Shown: positions 10,086 through 19,693 of the stretch, in pieces | How the letters are laid out: each line of letters opens with the position of its first letter | How positions within the stretch are numbered: the first letter of the stretch is position 1 | From: Candidatus Vogelbacteria bacterium | Lineage (GTDB): Bacteria > Patescibacteriota > Minisyncoccia > Phycocordibacterales > XYD1-FULL-46-19 | DNA: 64,000 nt | Direction of reading: 5' to 3' | Assembly (NCBI GenBank): GCA_016188295.1 | Contig: JACPIA010000009.1 | Span: 1,509 to 65,508, forward strand | Position numbers and translations under genes: made by a program | The notes under the pieces: model-generated | Databases searched by the model: none | What the model saw: only the letters and a program-made list of their open reading frames with translations | Told to the model about the DNA's origin: nothing

Positions 10086-10921
10086 ACTTTAATTATACGA
10101 TAACCAAAAATAAGCACTATTAAACCGCTCAAGCCAAATAAAATATAACGCCACCACCACGGACAAACTAAAAACCAAATTCGTTTAACATCAATCAGAT
10201 CACCGTAACCACGATTAAGTTCTAGACTCGCTTGATATAACCCGGTCGGCAAAATTAAATCATTAATATCCCGAATCCGAGTACTATTCGGCAACACATA
10301 CCAGGGGTCAATCACCGCGTGTCCCAATTCCTGTCCGCGCCAATTAGTAATTTTAATTAAACCATAGGGATTCAAATAAGCATTGCCATCATTAGTAAAG
10401 GCGATATAGAAACCAATATTTTGAGTGGGAATATTAATTAAACCGTTTAACAAACCAAATCTAGTCACTCGCCCAGACTCTTTAACTTGACCCGGGATCT
10501 TAATAAATAGCAAGGAATTTAATTGGGTAGTGATCGTCGCTTTATTACCGACTGCTTCTGTGCCTTTAATCACTATGGCGATTTGACCATGACGCGTGCC
10601 TGGATAAGCACCGGTCGGCACACTGACTTTAATTGGTACAGCAATCGTTTGATCAGGATTGAGAGTCAAAGTGGTAGTAGGCACGGTTACATTCTCGATC
10701 AAAGAATTTTGCTCAACCACCAGATCTTCTACAGCTAATCTAAAATCCACTGACTGAGTTAAACTATTAATCACTGTCAGATTAATCCATTTAGTTTCAC
10801 CCGGATTAATTATCACTTCTTGTTTAGCGGGAGTAATTGAAATGACGGCTGGTGGTGCCGCCTCGACCAGATCAAATAAACCAAAACTGATTCCGATCAA
10901 TCCTAAAAATAACCATTTCAT
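10082..10921 (-). CDS. DUF916-like Ig-fold protein with C-terminal TM anchor
   Basis: ISITPAKQE..INPGET, FTNDGNAYLNPYG, GLYQASL; C-terminal PWWW plus TM. Confidence 0.6.
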   Translation of the reverse strand: MKWLFLGLIGISFGLFDLVEAAPPAVISITPAKQEVIINPGETKWINLTVINSLTQSVDFRLAVEDLVVEQNSLIENVTVPTTTLTLNPDQTIAVPIKVSVPTGAYPGTRHGQIAIVIKGTEAVGNKATITTQLNSLLFIKIPGQVKESGRVTRFGLLNGLINIPTQNIGFYIAFTNDGNAYLNPYGLIKITNWRGQELGHAVIDPWYVLPNSTRIRDINDLILPTGLYQASLELNRGYGDLIDVKRIWFLVCPWWWRYILFGLSGLIVLIFGYRIIKV

Positions 10922-12012
10922 TGTTTTACCGGGGTTAAGACAAAGATATAATCCTCACCAGTATGATCACGGAAAATCGGCGTAACCACTCCGGCCTTAC
11001 CTGATGGATCAACATTTACATTAACTTTGTCGGAAAACATTTCCGCCACTTTATCCTTTAGACTTTGAGGAGTGGAACTGGTGGCCGGTACCACCACTAC
11101 TCCTTGAGCCGGTAAAGTACTAGGCTTGACACTACTGCCACCAACTGGTAAACGACGCAAAATCTCGCTGATACCGGATTTAATGTCTTTAATATCAGCT
11201 TGAATTTGCGACAAACCCGGATCAACCACTGCTGGTGTCGACACTGATTTTCCGTTAAAAAAGCGTGTCCAATTAGTCATCATATTGGTCCAAAGATTAC
11301 CTAAACTAATTATGGTTTTAGCGGCGAGTGAAAAGACTTGGTCAATAACCTCGGTAATCCACTCCAAAATAGCGACACCACTAAAATTAAGACGGGCGGT
11401 AGCCGCGGTTAGTAATTGCTCTTTACTCGACATCACTGAGAATGGGAGGGAGGTCGTTTGAACGATAAACCACATTGATCCCTGATCAGCCCAAGTTAAA
11501 AGCTCGTCAGTTCTAAGTGCTAATTTGTCAACCAAAATACCGGCTGTCAAATCAAACGTTAGGGCAGTAGAAAAATAGACTTGATCCGCTCCCCAACTTA
11601 AAGTTGTAGCGGTAGTATCTAGTAACGAGACCGATCGCTCTAAAGCAAAATTAGCGGAGGCCAATGCGGAAGTGGGAACCACTATTGATTGAGTCAAGAA
11701 ACCATGAGGGACAATTGTGATTAAAGTAAAGTAGACCAGCACGCCAATTAAGCCGGTCAAAGCCCCACTCATTTTTGTTAAAGTGACTAAACTTGATTGG
11801 AACAAAACCGGATGTAAATGATTAGTAAGCAGTGGCAATTTAGACAAAGCCGATTCGAGAATAAACCACTGATCCTCGATACGCTCGGCCTCTAATTTTT
11901 TTTGGTAACACTGTCTATCTAACTCCGTCTTAGACAATCCTAAACGCTCGCTGGCATTAGCTAGTTTGATATACTTTCTCCCATTATAAAAAAACTCATC
12001 AGCGATGTTCAT
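10918..12012 (-). CDS. Membrane protein with N-terminal excisionase-like HTH
   Basis: YIKLANASERLGLSKTELDRQC..KLEAERIEDQWFI, followed by a TM segment. Confidence 0.55.
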   Translation of the reverse strand: MNIADEFFYNGRKYIKLANASERLGLSKTELDRQCYQKKLEAERIEDQWFILESALSKLPLLTNHLHPVLFQSSLVTLTKMSGALTGLIGVLVYFTLITIVPHGFLTQSIVVPTSALASANFALERSVSLLDTTATTLSWGADQVYFSTALTFDLTAGILVDKLALRTDELLTWADQGSMWFIVQTTSLPFSVMSSKEQLLTAATARLNFSGVAILEWITEVIDQVFSLAAKTIISLGNLWTNMMTNWTRFFNGKSVSTPAVVDPGLSQIQADIKDIKSGISEILRRLPVGGSSVKPSTLPAQGVVVVPATSSTPQSLKDKVAEMFSDKVNVNVDPSGKAGVVTPIFRDHTGEDYIFVLTPVKQ

Positions 12013-12064
12013 TCACCTAATAATAACACTTGTGATTTAAGCTTATTTTGCTACTTAAATTGCT

Positions 12065-12073
12065 TGTGGATAA
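12065..12073 (-). promoter_or_regulatory. Consensus DnaA box upstream of priA
   Basis: tgtggataa = TTATCCACA on the minus strand. Confidence 0.5.
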
Positions 12074-12101
12074 GTAGTAAACTAATCGCTATAATGACGA
12101 G

Positions 12102-13970
12102 ATGAAAGTACTCACTGTCGCTCCAATCACTAATCGTTTACCATTGTCCGAACTGACTTATTTTACTAAGGAGCAAGTCACCCCTGGTGCGTTAGTAGAA
12201 GTTACTATTAACAAACGGGTCTTTCCGGCTTTAGTATTGGCGGTTAATGAGGCGGGAACAATTAAACAATCATTGCGTACCAGCACATATGCTCTTAAAA
12301 AAATCAAACGGGTAATTAGTCTTGATTTATTTTTACCACCATTTATGAGTGGTGTAAAAGCAATCAGTGATTGGTATCAGATCTCGCCCGGAGTCGTACT
12401 TAAGACGCTCATTCCGGCAGCCATTTTAGACAATCCAATACTTAATATAAAAATTAAAAAAATAATTAATCAAGATGTTAACTTAAAAAATGAAATTAAA
12501 GCCTTGCAACAACCATGGTCGGAACGCCTCGCCTCCTATAAAGGTTTGATCCGCGAAATGCTGGCTAAAAATCAGTCGGTAATGATTATTTTCCCCGGTA
12601 CCGCTGATATCGCTCAAGCGGCTCCCATTTTGGGTCGTGGCTTGGAGGATTATATTAAAATATTTTCCGGCCGAGAAACTAAAATAAAAATCAAAAAAAC
12701 GTGGAAAGAAAGTTTGGCCCAAGCTAAGCCCGTAATAATAATTGGAACTCCACTCATTCTCTCCCTACCAAGACCAGATATCGGTCTAGTTATTTTGGAT
12801 CAAGAAAACAACACCGCTTATAAACAATTTATAGCCCCTTATTTTGATCTCCGACACTTAGTCAAAGAAATCACCACCCATTTAAATTGGCCTCTCCTTT
12901 TAGGTGATACAGTTTTATCTTTAGATACTTTATACAAGCTCGAACAGAAAGAGTATACCCCAGCTGGCTCTTTGCGCTACCGTCTGATCTCCGAGGCAAA
13001 AACTACTTTAATTGACGGCCGTAGTCAAACAGATATCCATGGTAAAAAAATCTTCTCCGTTATTACTGATGAAGTCAAAGAAAAGATCAATCGAATAGGT
13101 CAAAATAACGGCAGTGTTTTTATTTTTAGCGCTCGCAAGGGTTTAGCTCCTACCACTATTTGTAATGATTGCGGTACCACCGTCGTTTGTCCTACTTGCC
13201 AAACACCATTGGTGGTCCATCGCCATCCGCCGGCTGGCGGACACCCCAAAAATGTCTTTTATTGCCATCACTGCGGTACCCGAAAAGAGATTGATGATAA
13301 ATGTGTAATTTGCGGCAGTTGGCGCTTGGCCAGCTTGGGGATTGGCACCGAACGGGTAGCCGAAACTTTAGCCAGCCTCTTACCCAACCGAATAATTACG
13401 ATTGTTGACGCTGATCATACCCCTACCCCGATCAAAATTAAATCAGCTTTAGAGACTCTCAATCAACCAGGCGGAATAGTAGTCGGTACCGAACTAGCTC
13501 TCAATTATCTACCAACTACGATTTCTTTGGTCATTGTTGCGGGTATTGATTCGTTATTTATGGTCCCAGATTATCAAATGAATGAGCGGATTTTTAATAT
13601 TTTAATCGATTTAAAAAGCCGGGCCACGCGCCAATTTTTAATCCAAACCAGACATCCGGAAACCGCTCTCTTTCATCAAGCGCTTGAGGGCAATATTGCC
13701 GAGTTTTACCGTGAAGAATTAACTTTGCGCCAGAAACTTGATTATCCGCCCTTTAAATTATTAATCAAAGGTAGTCTGACTAATCCCAAGATAAAAGTTA
13801 ATCAAGACCGATTAGAAAATCTCCTAAAACCGTGGCAACCGCTATTTTATGAACATCATTTCTTATTAAAATTAAAAGCTGATGAGTGGCCAAGTGAGGA
13901 ACTCGCCCAAGTTTTTAGTCAGCTACAACCTAATTGGCAAATTGACATTAACCCAACTAGTCTGATGTAA
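12102..13970 (+). CDS. priA: Primosomal protein N' with degenerate helicase motifs
   Basis: CNDC..CPTC..CHHC..CVIC zinc cluster, GIGTERV, IQT, YPPF. Confidence 0.85.
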   Translation: MKVLTVAPITNRLPLSELTYFTKEQVTPGALVEVTINKRVFPALVLAVNEAGTIKQSLRTSTYALKKIKRVISLDLFLPPFMSGVKAISDWYQISPGVVLKTLIPAAILDNPILNIKIKKIINQDVNLKNEIKALQQPWSERLASYKGLIREMLAKNQSVMIIFPGTADIAQAAPILGRGLEDYIKIFSGRETKIKIKKTWKESLAQAKPVIIIGTPLILSLPRPDIGLVILDQENNTAYKQFIAPYFDLRHLVKEITTHLNWPLLLGDTVLSLDTLYKLEQKEYTPAGSLRYRLISEAKTTLIDGRSQTDIHGKKIFSVITDEVKEKINRIGQNNGSVFIFSARKGLAPTTICNDCGTTVVCPTCQTPLVVHRHPPAGGHPKNVFYCHHCGTRKEIDDKCVICGSWRLASLGIGTERVAETLASLLPNRIITIVDADHTPTPIKIKSALETLNQPGGIVVGTELALNYLPTTISLVIVAGIDSLFMVPDYQMNERIFNILIDLKSRATRQFLIQTRHPETALFHQALEGNIAEFYREELTLRQKLDYPPFKLLIKGSLTNPKIKVNQDRLENLLKPWQPLFYEHHFLLKLKADEWPSEELAQVFSQLQPNWQIDINPTSLM

Positions 13971-13981
13971 TATAGATAATT

Positions 13982-14500
13982 ATGATCATTACCCCCATTC
14001 TCCAAAACAAGCACCCAATCTTACGGCTTAAAACCAAACCCTTGGATGTGACCGAGATTAGCTCGACTAAAATCCAAAAAGTTATCAGTCAGATGATTAA
14101 AACTCTAGAATCTTGCCCCGATGGAGTCGCGATTGCCGCTCCGCAAATTGGCGCCTCTTTACCTATTTTCATAGTCTCGATGCAAATGATCGAGGCTAAT
14201 CCGAAGGTCAACCCCCGGCACTTAGTATTTATTAATCCCAAAATTACCAAACTTTCCAAAAAGAAAATAATTTTAGATGAGGGTTGTCTCTCGGTGCGTA
14301 ATATTTACGGCAAAACCAGACGAGCGGTAACCGCTACAGTTGAGGCTTGTGACCAGACCGGTAAAAAATTTACCTGGACCGGACGCGATTTAATGGCCCA
14401 GGTGTTTCAACATGAAGTTGACCATTTAAATGGTATTTTATTTACCGACCACGCCACTGATTTAGAAACTATTGTAGAGACATCAAAAACTAATGATTAA
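13982..14500 (+). CDS. def: Peptide deformylase
   Basis: GVAIAAPQIG, EGCLS, QHEVDHLNG. Confidence 0.96.
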   Translation: MIITPILQNKHPILRLKTKPLDVTEISSTKIQKVISQMIKTLESCPDGVAIAAPQIGASLPIFIVSMQMIEANPKVNPRHLVFINPKITKLSKKKIILDEGCLSVRNIYGKTRRAVTATVEACDQTGKKFTWTGRDLMAQVFQHEVDHLNGILFTDHATDLETIVETSKTND

Positions 14501-15323
14501 ACTGGCTTTTTTAGGTACTGATGATTACGCCGTCAAAGCGTTAGATACTTTGATTAGTCGAGGTCTAGTGTTTCAATTAGTTGTCAGCACTCCAAATAAG
14601 CCGGCTGGCCGAGGTTTAAAGTTGACCCCCCCGCCGATTGTAAAATATGCCCAGGAACATCATTTAACTGTCATCCAACCCGATAATTTAAAAACAGTTT
14701 CAATAGAATTGGCCGCCGGAGACTGGGATGTATTTATCGTTGCCTCATATGGCAAAATTATCCCCACCGCTATTTTAAGTTTGCCTACACATGGTACTCT
14801 TAATATCCATCCATCACTACTACCTAAGTATCGTGGCCCCTCGCCACTCGAGTCAGTCATTTTAGCTGGTGAAGTAGAAACGGGCATTACCATCCTCCAA
14901 GTGGATGCTGAATTAGACCATGGACCAATTATTGCTCAAGACAGAATGGTTTTAACGACTGAGACAGCCGGTGAACTTGGTTACATCTTATTTAAACGCG
15001 GAGCCGAAATAATAGCCGACATTTTACCAGATTATTTAGCGGATAAAATTATCCCGCAAAATCAAGATCATACTCAAGCCACTTTTACTAAGAAATTTGA
15101 AAAGAACGAGGCCGAAATTAATTTAGCTGATAATCCGATGACTAATTACCAAAAAATCCGAGCCTTTACTCCCCGCCCGGGCGCTTTTACCTTTGTCTCC
15201 AAGAATGGTAAGACTATCCGTCTTAAAATAATAAAAGCTCACCTCTTGCCAGGTGAGCTCGTTCTCGATCGCGTCATCCCGGAGGGAAAACGCGAAACGA
15301 GCTGGCAAGAATTCAATCAATAA
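14493..15323 (+). CDS. fmt: Methionyl-tRNA formyltransferase
   Basis: NIHPSLLPKYRGPSP, LDHGPII. Confidence 0.95.
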   Translation: MIKLAFLGTDDYAVKALDTLISRGLVFQLVVSTPNKPAGRGLKLTPPPIVKYAQEHHLTVIQPDNLKTVSIELAAGDWDVFIVASYGKIIPTAILSLPTHGTLNIHPSLLPKYRGPSPLESVILAGEVETGITILQVDAELDHGPIIAQDRMVLTTETAGELGYILFKRGAEIIADILPDYLADKIIPQNQDHTQATFTKKFEKNEAEINLADNPMTNYQKIRAFTPRPGAFTFVSKNGKTIRLKIIKAHLLPGELVLDRVIPEGKRETSWQEFNQ

Positions 15324-15371
15324 CCTTATGTAAAATAGATCAACGACCGTTAAAGTATTTTACAGGGTGAT

Positions 15372-15731
15372 TCACCCTCGTAACATTTTCTTGACCTCAC
15401 GGCCGCCACGTTTTTTGAGATCAGTTTGTTTGGTGCGGCGTTTTTTAACCACTTCTAAAATTTCATCGCGAAGATCATCAATGGCGGCATACAAATCATC
15501 AGCCGTGGCCTCGGCATGGTAACTGGCTCCACTACCCTTAATCGTCACATCAGCTCTAAACATTTCTCCGTCTTGTTTATGATGCCGGGTAGTTTTGGCA
15601 ATTTCCATCATAGCAAACGCTTCATTTTTAACCACATCCACAAAACGCCCCACTGGAATGAGGCGTTTGTTAACATACCCCTCTATCGCGGAGGTTAGGA
15701 CGAGGCCGGTGGCCTTAAGAGAGAGCTTCAT
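15372..15731 (-). CDS. raiA: Ribosome hibernation factor HPF/RaiA (start moved to 15731)
   Basis: LTSAIEGYVNKRL..AEATADDLYAAID. Confidence 0.85.
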   Translation of the reverse strand: MKLSLKATGLVLTSAIEGYVNKRLIPVGRFVDVVKNEAFAMMEIAKTTRHHKQDGEMFRADVTIKGSGASYHAEATADDLYAAIDDLRDEILEVVKKRRTKQTDLKKRGGREVKKMLRG

Positions 15732-15772
15732 GCCTCTATGATACCCCCCGCCAAGACTATGGTCAATCGACA

Positions 15773-17182
15773 TTAAATTTCCTCTACCAAGAGCATGTTG
15801 GTATCAATCGAGTGACCAAATGGCATCCCGGCGACGACCACCACCTTGTCCCCTTTGTTGGCCAATTTATTAGTTAGAACTAATGAGCGAATCAATGACA
15901 ATACTTCATTTAAAGTCTTGAATTTTTTAATATTCATTGGATAACAGCCATACGAGAGCATCATTCTCCCCACCGCTACCTGATTGGGGGTTAAAGCGAT
16001 CACCGACTCTTTAGGCCGATAACGTGAGATCATCCGCGCAGTGTGACCGGTATTAGTTAAGGCGACAATCACTTTAGCTCCCACCTCACTAGCCGCCTGC
16101 ACTACCGCCCGACTCACCACTCCCGCCACACTGTGATTGAACTCTTTAAACTGATTAGCCCGATGCAATAACTCTCGCTCTACTCGACAAGCAATAGCAT
16201 TCATCATTTTAACCGACTCCACCGGATAGTCACCTAAAGTTGTTTCCTCCGAGAGCATAATTGCATCAGTACCATCCAAAATCGCATTAGCCACATCGGA
16301 CACCTCGGCTCGTGTCGGTACTGGCGACTTAATCATTGATTCTAGCATTTGAGTAGCGGTGATCACTGGTTTACCTGCCCGATTACATTTTTTAATCAAT
16401 TCCTTTTGGACTAGTGGCACTTCTTCGGCCGGAATCTCGATCGCTAAGTCACCGCGGGCCACCATAATCCCATCAGCTAGATTGATAATCTCATCAATAT
16501 TCTCCAACGCCTCGGGTGTCTCGATCTTAGCAATAATTCCAGCAGTTGATTTATTTTTCTGTAAAATAGAGCGTAATTCGATAATGTCACTCGGTCGACG
16601 AACGAATGAGAGTGCAATATAATCAACTTTATGTTTAAGGCCAAACTCCAAATCTTTGCGGTCTTTGTCGGTAATTGAGCTGATCGAGAGATAAGCCCCC
16701 GGCAAATTAACTCCGCGCCGCGATTTGATCTCACCGCCCACAATTACCTTACAAATCACTGCTTTACCTTTAATATCAATGATCTCCAATTTCTTTTTAC
16801 CGTCATGTAGTAAAATCTGCCCGCCGATCTTAACTTCTTTAGGTAAGAGCGGATAGTTAATGCTGACGTGCTGATCATCCCCCACTACCTTTTCCGTGGT
16901 TAAAGTAAAGATAGCACCCGGTTTTAGTATTACTGACTCAACACCAAAGTCACCGATTCGGATCTTAGGCCCACCTAAGTCTTGGAGGATAGCAATCGGT
17001 TTATTTAATTTCTGACTAATCTTACGTGCTAAATGGACTTTAGGTTCATGCTCAGCAAAGTCTCCGTGGGAGAAGTTGATCCGAACCACATTCATCCCGG
17101 CTTTGACCAACTCAGTCATGGTCTTTTCATTGGCAGTCACCGGTCCGACCGTGGCCACTATTTTGGTCTTTTTACGATACAT
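15773..17182 (-). CDS. pyk: Pyruvate kinase
   Basis: KTKIVATVGP, RINFSHG, IAKIE, MVARGDL, TQMLESM. Confidence 0.97.
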   Translation of the reverse strand: MYRKKTKIVATVGPVTANEKTMTELVKAGMNVVRINFSHGDFAEHEPKVHLARKISQKLNKPIAILQDLGGPKIRIGDFGVESVILKPGAIFTLTTEKVVGDDQHVSINYPLLPKEVKIGGQILLHDGKKKLEIIDIKGKAVICKVIVGGEIKSRRGVNLPGAYLSISSITDKDRKDLEFGLKHKVDYIALSFVRRPSDIIELRSILQKNKSTAGIIAKIETPEALENIDEIINLADGIMVARGDLAIEIPAEEVPLVQKELIKKCNRAGKPVITATQMLESMIKSPVPTRAEVSDVANAILDGTDAIMLSEETTLGDYPVESVKMMNAIACRVERELLHRANQFKEFNHSVAGVVSRAVVQAASEVGAKVIVALTNTGHTARMISRYRPKESVIALTPNQVAVGRMMLSYGCYPMNIKKFKTLNEVLSLIRSLVLTNKLANKGDKVVVVAGMPFGHSIDTNMLLVEEI

Positions 17183-17209
17183 TTATTTAATTGTCTTAAA
17201 TTTGATAAG

Positions 17210-17998
17210 TTACTTGATTTCGTAGCGAAGAACGATATTAACCACCACTTCCTGACTGCCTGGCTCAATCGCTGGAGTCACTGGGGCCATTGAGGCTTTA
17301 ATCATATCGCCACCCATTTCAAGACCGTAATATGGCATCGGTTGATTGTTGTAAGCTTCCTCAATCGAGAGTAATTGACCAAGACGGAAGCCACCTGCTT
17401 TAGCAATCGAATTGGCTTGTTCGCGTGCTTTAATAATCGCTAAAGCGCGCGCCTCATTTCTCACTTTACTTGGATCATCAATCTTGAAAGAGAGCTGGGA
17501 GACATTATTGGCACCAGCCACTACGACACCAGCTAGGATTTCACTTACTTGCTTAAAGTCACGAACTTTAATCGAGACACTTTGGGTGATAGTGTAACCC
17601 ACAATATCAGCTGGCGGACAGGCGCCACCATCACGCGGACAACCATAATACTGGTAACGCGGCTCGACGGAATAATTCTCGGTCTTGATATCTTTATCAG
17701 CGACACTTTTGGATTTAAGAAAATCATTAATCTTCTGTGTTTTGACCGAGTTTTGCTCTTGGAGTGCAGCTAAGTCCTTGCCACCCTGATTGATCACACT
17801 GTAACTAAACTCCGCTACATCCGGTACCGATATTACTTTACCCTCACCAGTGGCCGAAAAACTGCGGAAGGAGCCCGGCTGAATTGACTGACTATAAGTC
17901 TCGGCATAGCGCACTACCGAGTAACCGATAGCAATCAAAACCAATAAAATGATCACTAGTACGCCTTTGCGAATATTGGGAGTCAAATCATTAAACAT
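17210..17998 (-). CDS. SIMPL/DUF541 domain protein
   Basis: GEGKV..VPDVA, DIKTENYSVEP, AREQA, IEPGSQEV. Confidence 0.85.
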   Translation of the reverse strand: MFNDLTPNIRKGVLVIILLVLIAIGYSVVRYAETYSQSIQPGSFRSFSATGEGKVISVPDVAEFSYSVINQGGKDLAALQEQNSVKTQKINDFLKSKSVADKDIKTENYSVEPRYQYYGCPRDGGACPPADIVGYTITQSVSIKVRDFKQVSEILAGVVVAGANNVSQLSFKIDDPSKVRNEARALAIIKAREQANSIAKAGGFRLGQLLSIEEAYNNQPMPYYGLEMGGDMIKASMAPVTPAIEPGSQEVVVNIVLRYEIK

Positions 17999-18052
17999 AT
18001 ATTTATTTTAATTAAACTAATAAACTACTATAGCACTGCTTTTTACTAAAAT

Positions 18053-18556
18053 CTAGTGCAATAAAACATACACCCCTAAGACGACACCAGCCAACAATAC
18101 TTGTAAACTGGCTCCTAAAATCGGCCGGCCATCCAAGCGAATTGTAGTATGAACCCATTGATGAAAGCGTTGTAATGAGACTAATGGTTCCCGACGCCAC
18201 TTAAAGTAAACAAATTGGAGCGCATCAGGTAGGGCGCCACCAATCGCTCCCATTATTACCCAAGTCCACACCGTCCAATCATAAAAACTAGCCAAAATAA
18301 TCAAAGCGCCAAGCAAACCAAGAGCAAAGTCCGTACCAATTTTAGCTAAATCGTAAATAAAAGCTTGACCCACTATAATATCATCATTAAGAGCATCCAC
18401 TTCATCGCGCGCAGCCGATGCCAATTGATAGTCCCAATGTGGGATCATATCAAGAACAAAGTGACTGGTAAACGCCAAACCGAGACCGAGCACCGGATTA
18501 GTTGGTACCAGACCAGCTACTACCGCTCCGACTGCCGCATGTGTCCCTAAAGTCAT
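18053..18556 (-). CDS. Putative membrane metal-dependent hydrolase (start about 18556)
   Basis: THAAVG, SHFVLDMIPH, LPD and FHQWVH His motifs between TM segments. Confidence 0.6.
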   Translation of the reverse strand: MTLGTHAAVGAVVAGLVPTNPVLGLGLAFTSHFVLDMIPHWDYQLASAARDEVDALNDDIIVGQAFIYDLAKIGTDFALGLLGALIILASFYDWTVWTWVIMGAIGGALPDALQFVYFKWRREPLVSLQRFHQWVHTTIRLDGRPILGASLQVLLAGVVLGVYVLLH

Positions 18557-18633
18557 TATCAGAAATAATAACATAAAAATACCCCAAGTCATCACTGGAC
18601 TCGGGGTAGACTGATCAGGTCACTGACGAAACT

Positions 18634-18975
18634 TCAATTGAGTATGATTTTGTTGGGATCTAAAAAATGCTTTCGAAGAGTCCTCATATTCCATAGCCGT
18701 CGGTGAAACACATCAGAAGCACTAGAATTTTTTTCCCGACGACGTCTATTGAGAAAATCTATCGTGGCATTACAATGCCTGATTCGAGCGGCCACTTTTG
18801 GAGTCATTGTGGTTATTCCGTGCCTAATCAGAAAACCAAGATCTGACTCGATCCGATCATCAAGATCGTTGAGATAACCCGCCGCCTTCTCCAAATCAAA
18901 ATCGCCATTACCAAAATAGACTCCACGCTGTTTTAATTCCTCTCCGATCTTTTCGGTAAGATCTCTTCTTTGCAT
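18634..18975 (-). CDS. Hypothetical protein (start 18975)
   Basis: GGAGGAG Shine-Dalgarno upstream of MQRRDL. Confidence 0.55.
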   Translation of the reverse strand: MQRRDLTEKIGEELKQRGVYFGNGDFDLEKAAGYLNDLDDRIESDLGFLIRHGITTMTPKVAARIRHCNATIDFLNRRRREKNSSASDVFHRRLWNMRTLRKHFLDPNKIILN

Positions 18976-19107
18976 AGTAGTGATCTCCTCCGCTATTGTT
19001 AGTGAAAGACCAATATTGTTTACGACGATACAATATCGTATCATTAATGTACCGTCAAGGGTCGTAGTGGATATCCACTTGATAGTATTGGTGGTATAAT
19101 AATTATT

Positions 19108-19683
19108 ATGGCTTTACAATCAAGTACCAACAAAAGCCAACTTAATACTAAAAACATTACCAATCTTCATCCAAATGTCTGGGGTGACTTTGTCAATTTA
19201 CGTGGTAGTGTCCATGCAATTTACGGCGATGTTTCGCTCCACAAAATTACCGGCGATAGTAGTGCCATCCGTGGCAACATTACCGGTATTTTCGGCGACG
19301 TGTCTAAAATCCAAGGTGATGTTAGTAATATTAAAGGTGACGTGTCGAACATTAAGGGTGATGTCAGTAATATTTCCGGCGACCTCTCTGGTGTTTTAGG
19401 TAACGTTGGTTCTATTCGCGGTTCGATCACCAATATCCGCGGTGATGTAAGTAGATTAAAAGGCAATATTAGCGACTTGGTGGGCAACGTTGATGATCTC
19501 TCAGGTGATGTTACCAACATCTCCGGTACCGTCACTAATATCAGAGGTGATGTCAGTCGTCTCGCCGGTATTGTGACCAACCTGACCGGCGACGTCTCAG
19601 GTCTGTCTGGCAATGTTTCGGGTTTAGAAGGTGATGCCACCGGCCTCTCTGGTGACATCCAATCAATTGTCAGTAAAAAATAA
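19108..19683 (+). CDS. Heptad-repeat protein, consensus (I/L)xG(D/N)V(S/T)x
   Basis: About 22 tandem 7-aa repeats; TATAAT 7 nt before the ATG. Confidence 0.8.
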   Translation: MALQSSTNKSQLNTKNITNLHPNVWGDFVNLRGSVHAIYGDVSLHKITGDSSAIRGNITGIFGDVSKIQGDVSNIKGDVSNIKGDVSNISGDLSGVLGNVGSIRGSITNIRGDVSRLKGNISDLVGNVDDLSGDVTNISGTVTNIRGDVSRLAGIVTNLTGDVSGLSGNVSGLEGDATGLSGDIQSIVSKK

Positions 19684-19693
19684 AATCAGATCG

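Noticed and set aside
19221-19658. Minus-strand 145-aa repetitive ORF
   Set aside because: Antisense shadow of the heptad-repeat gene
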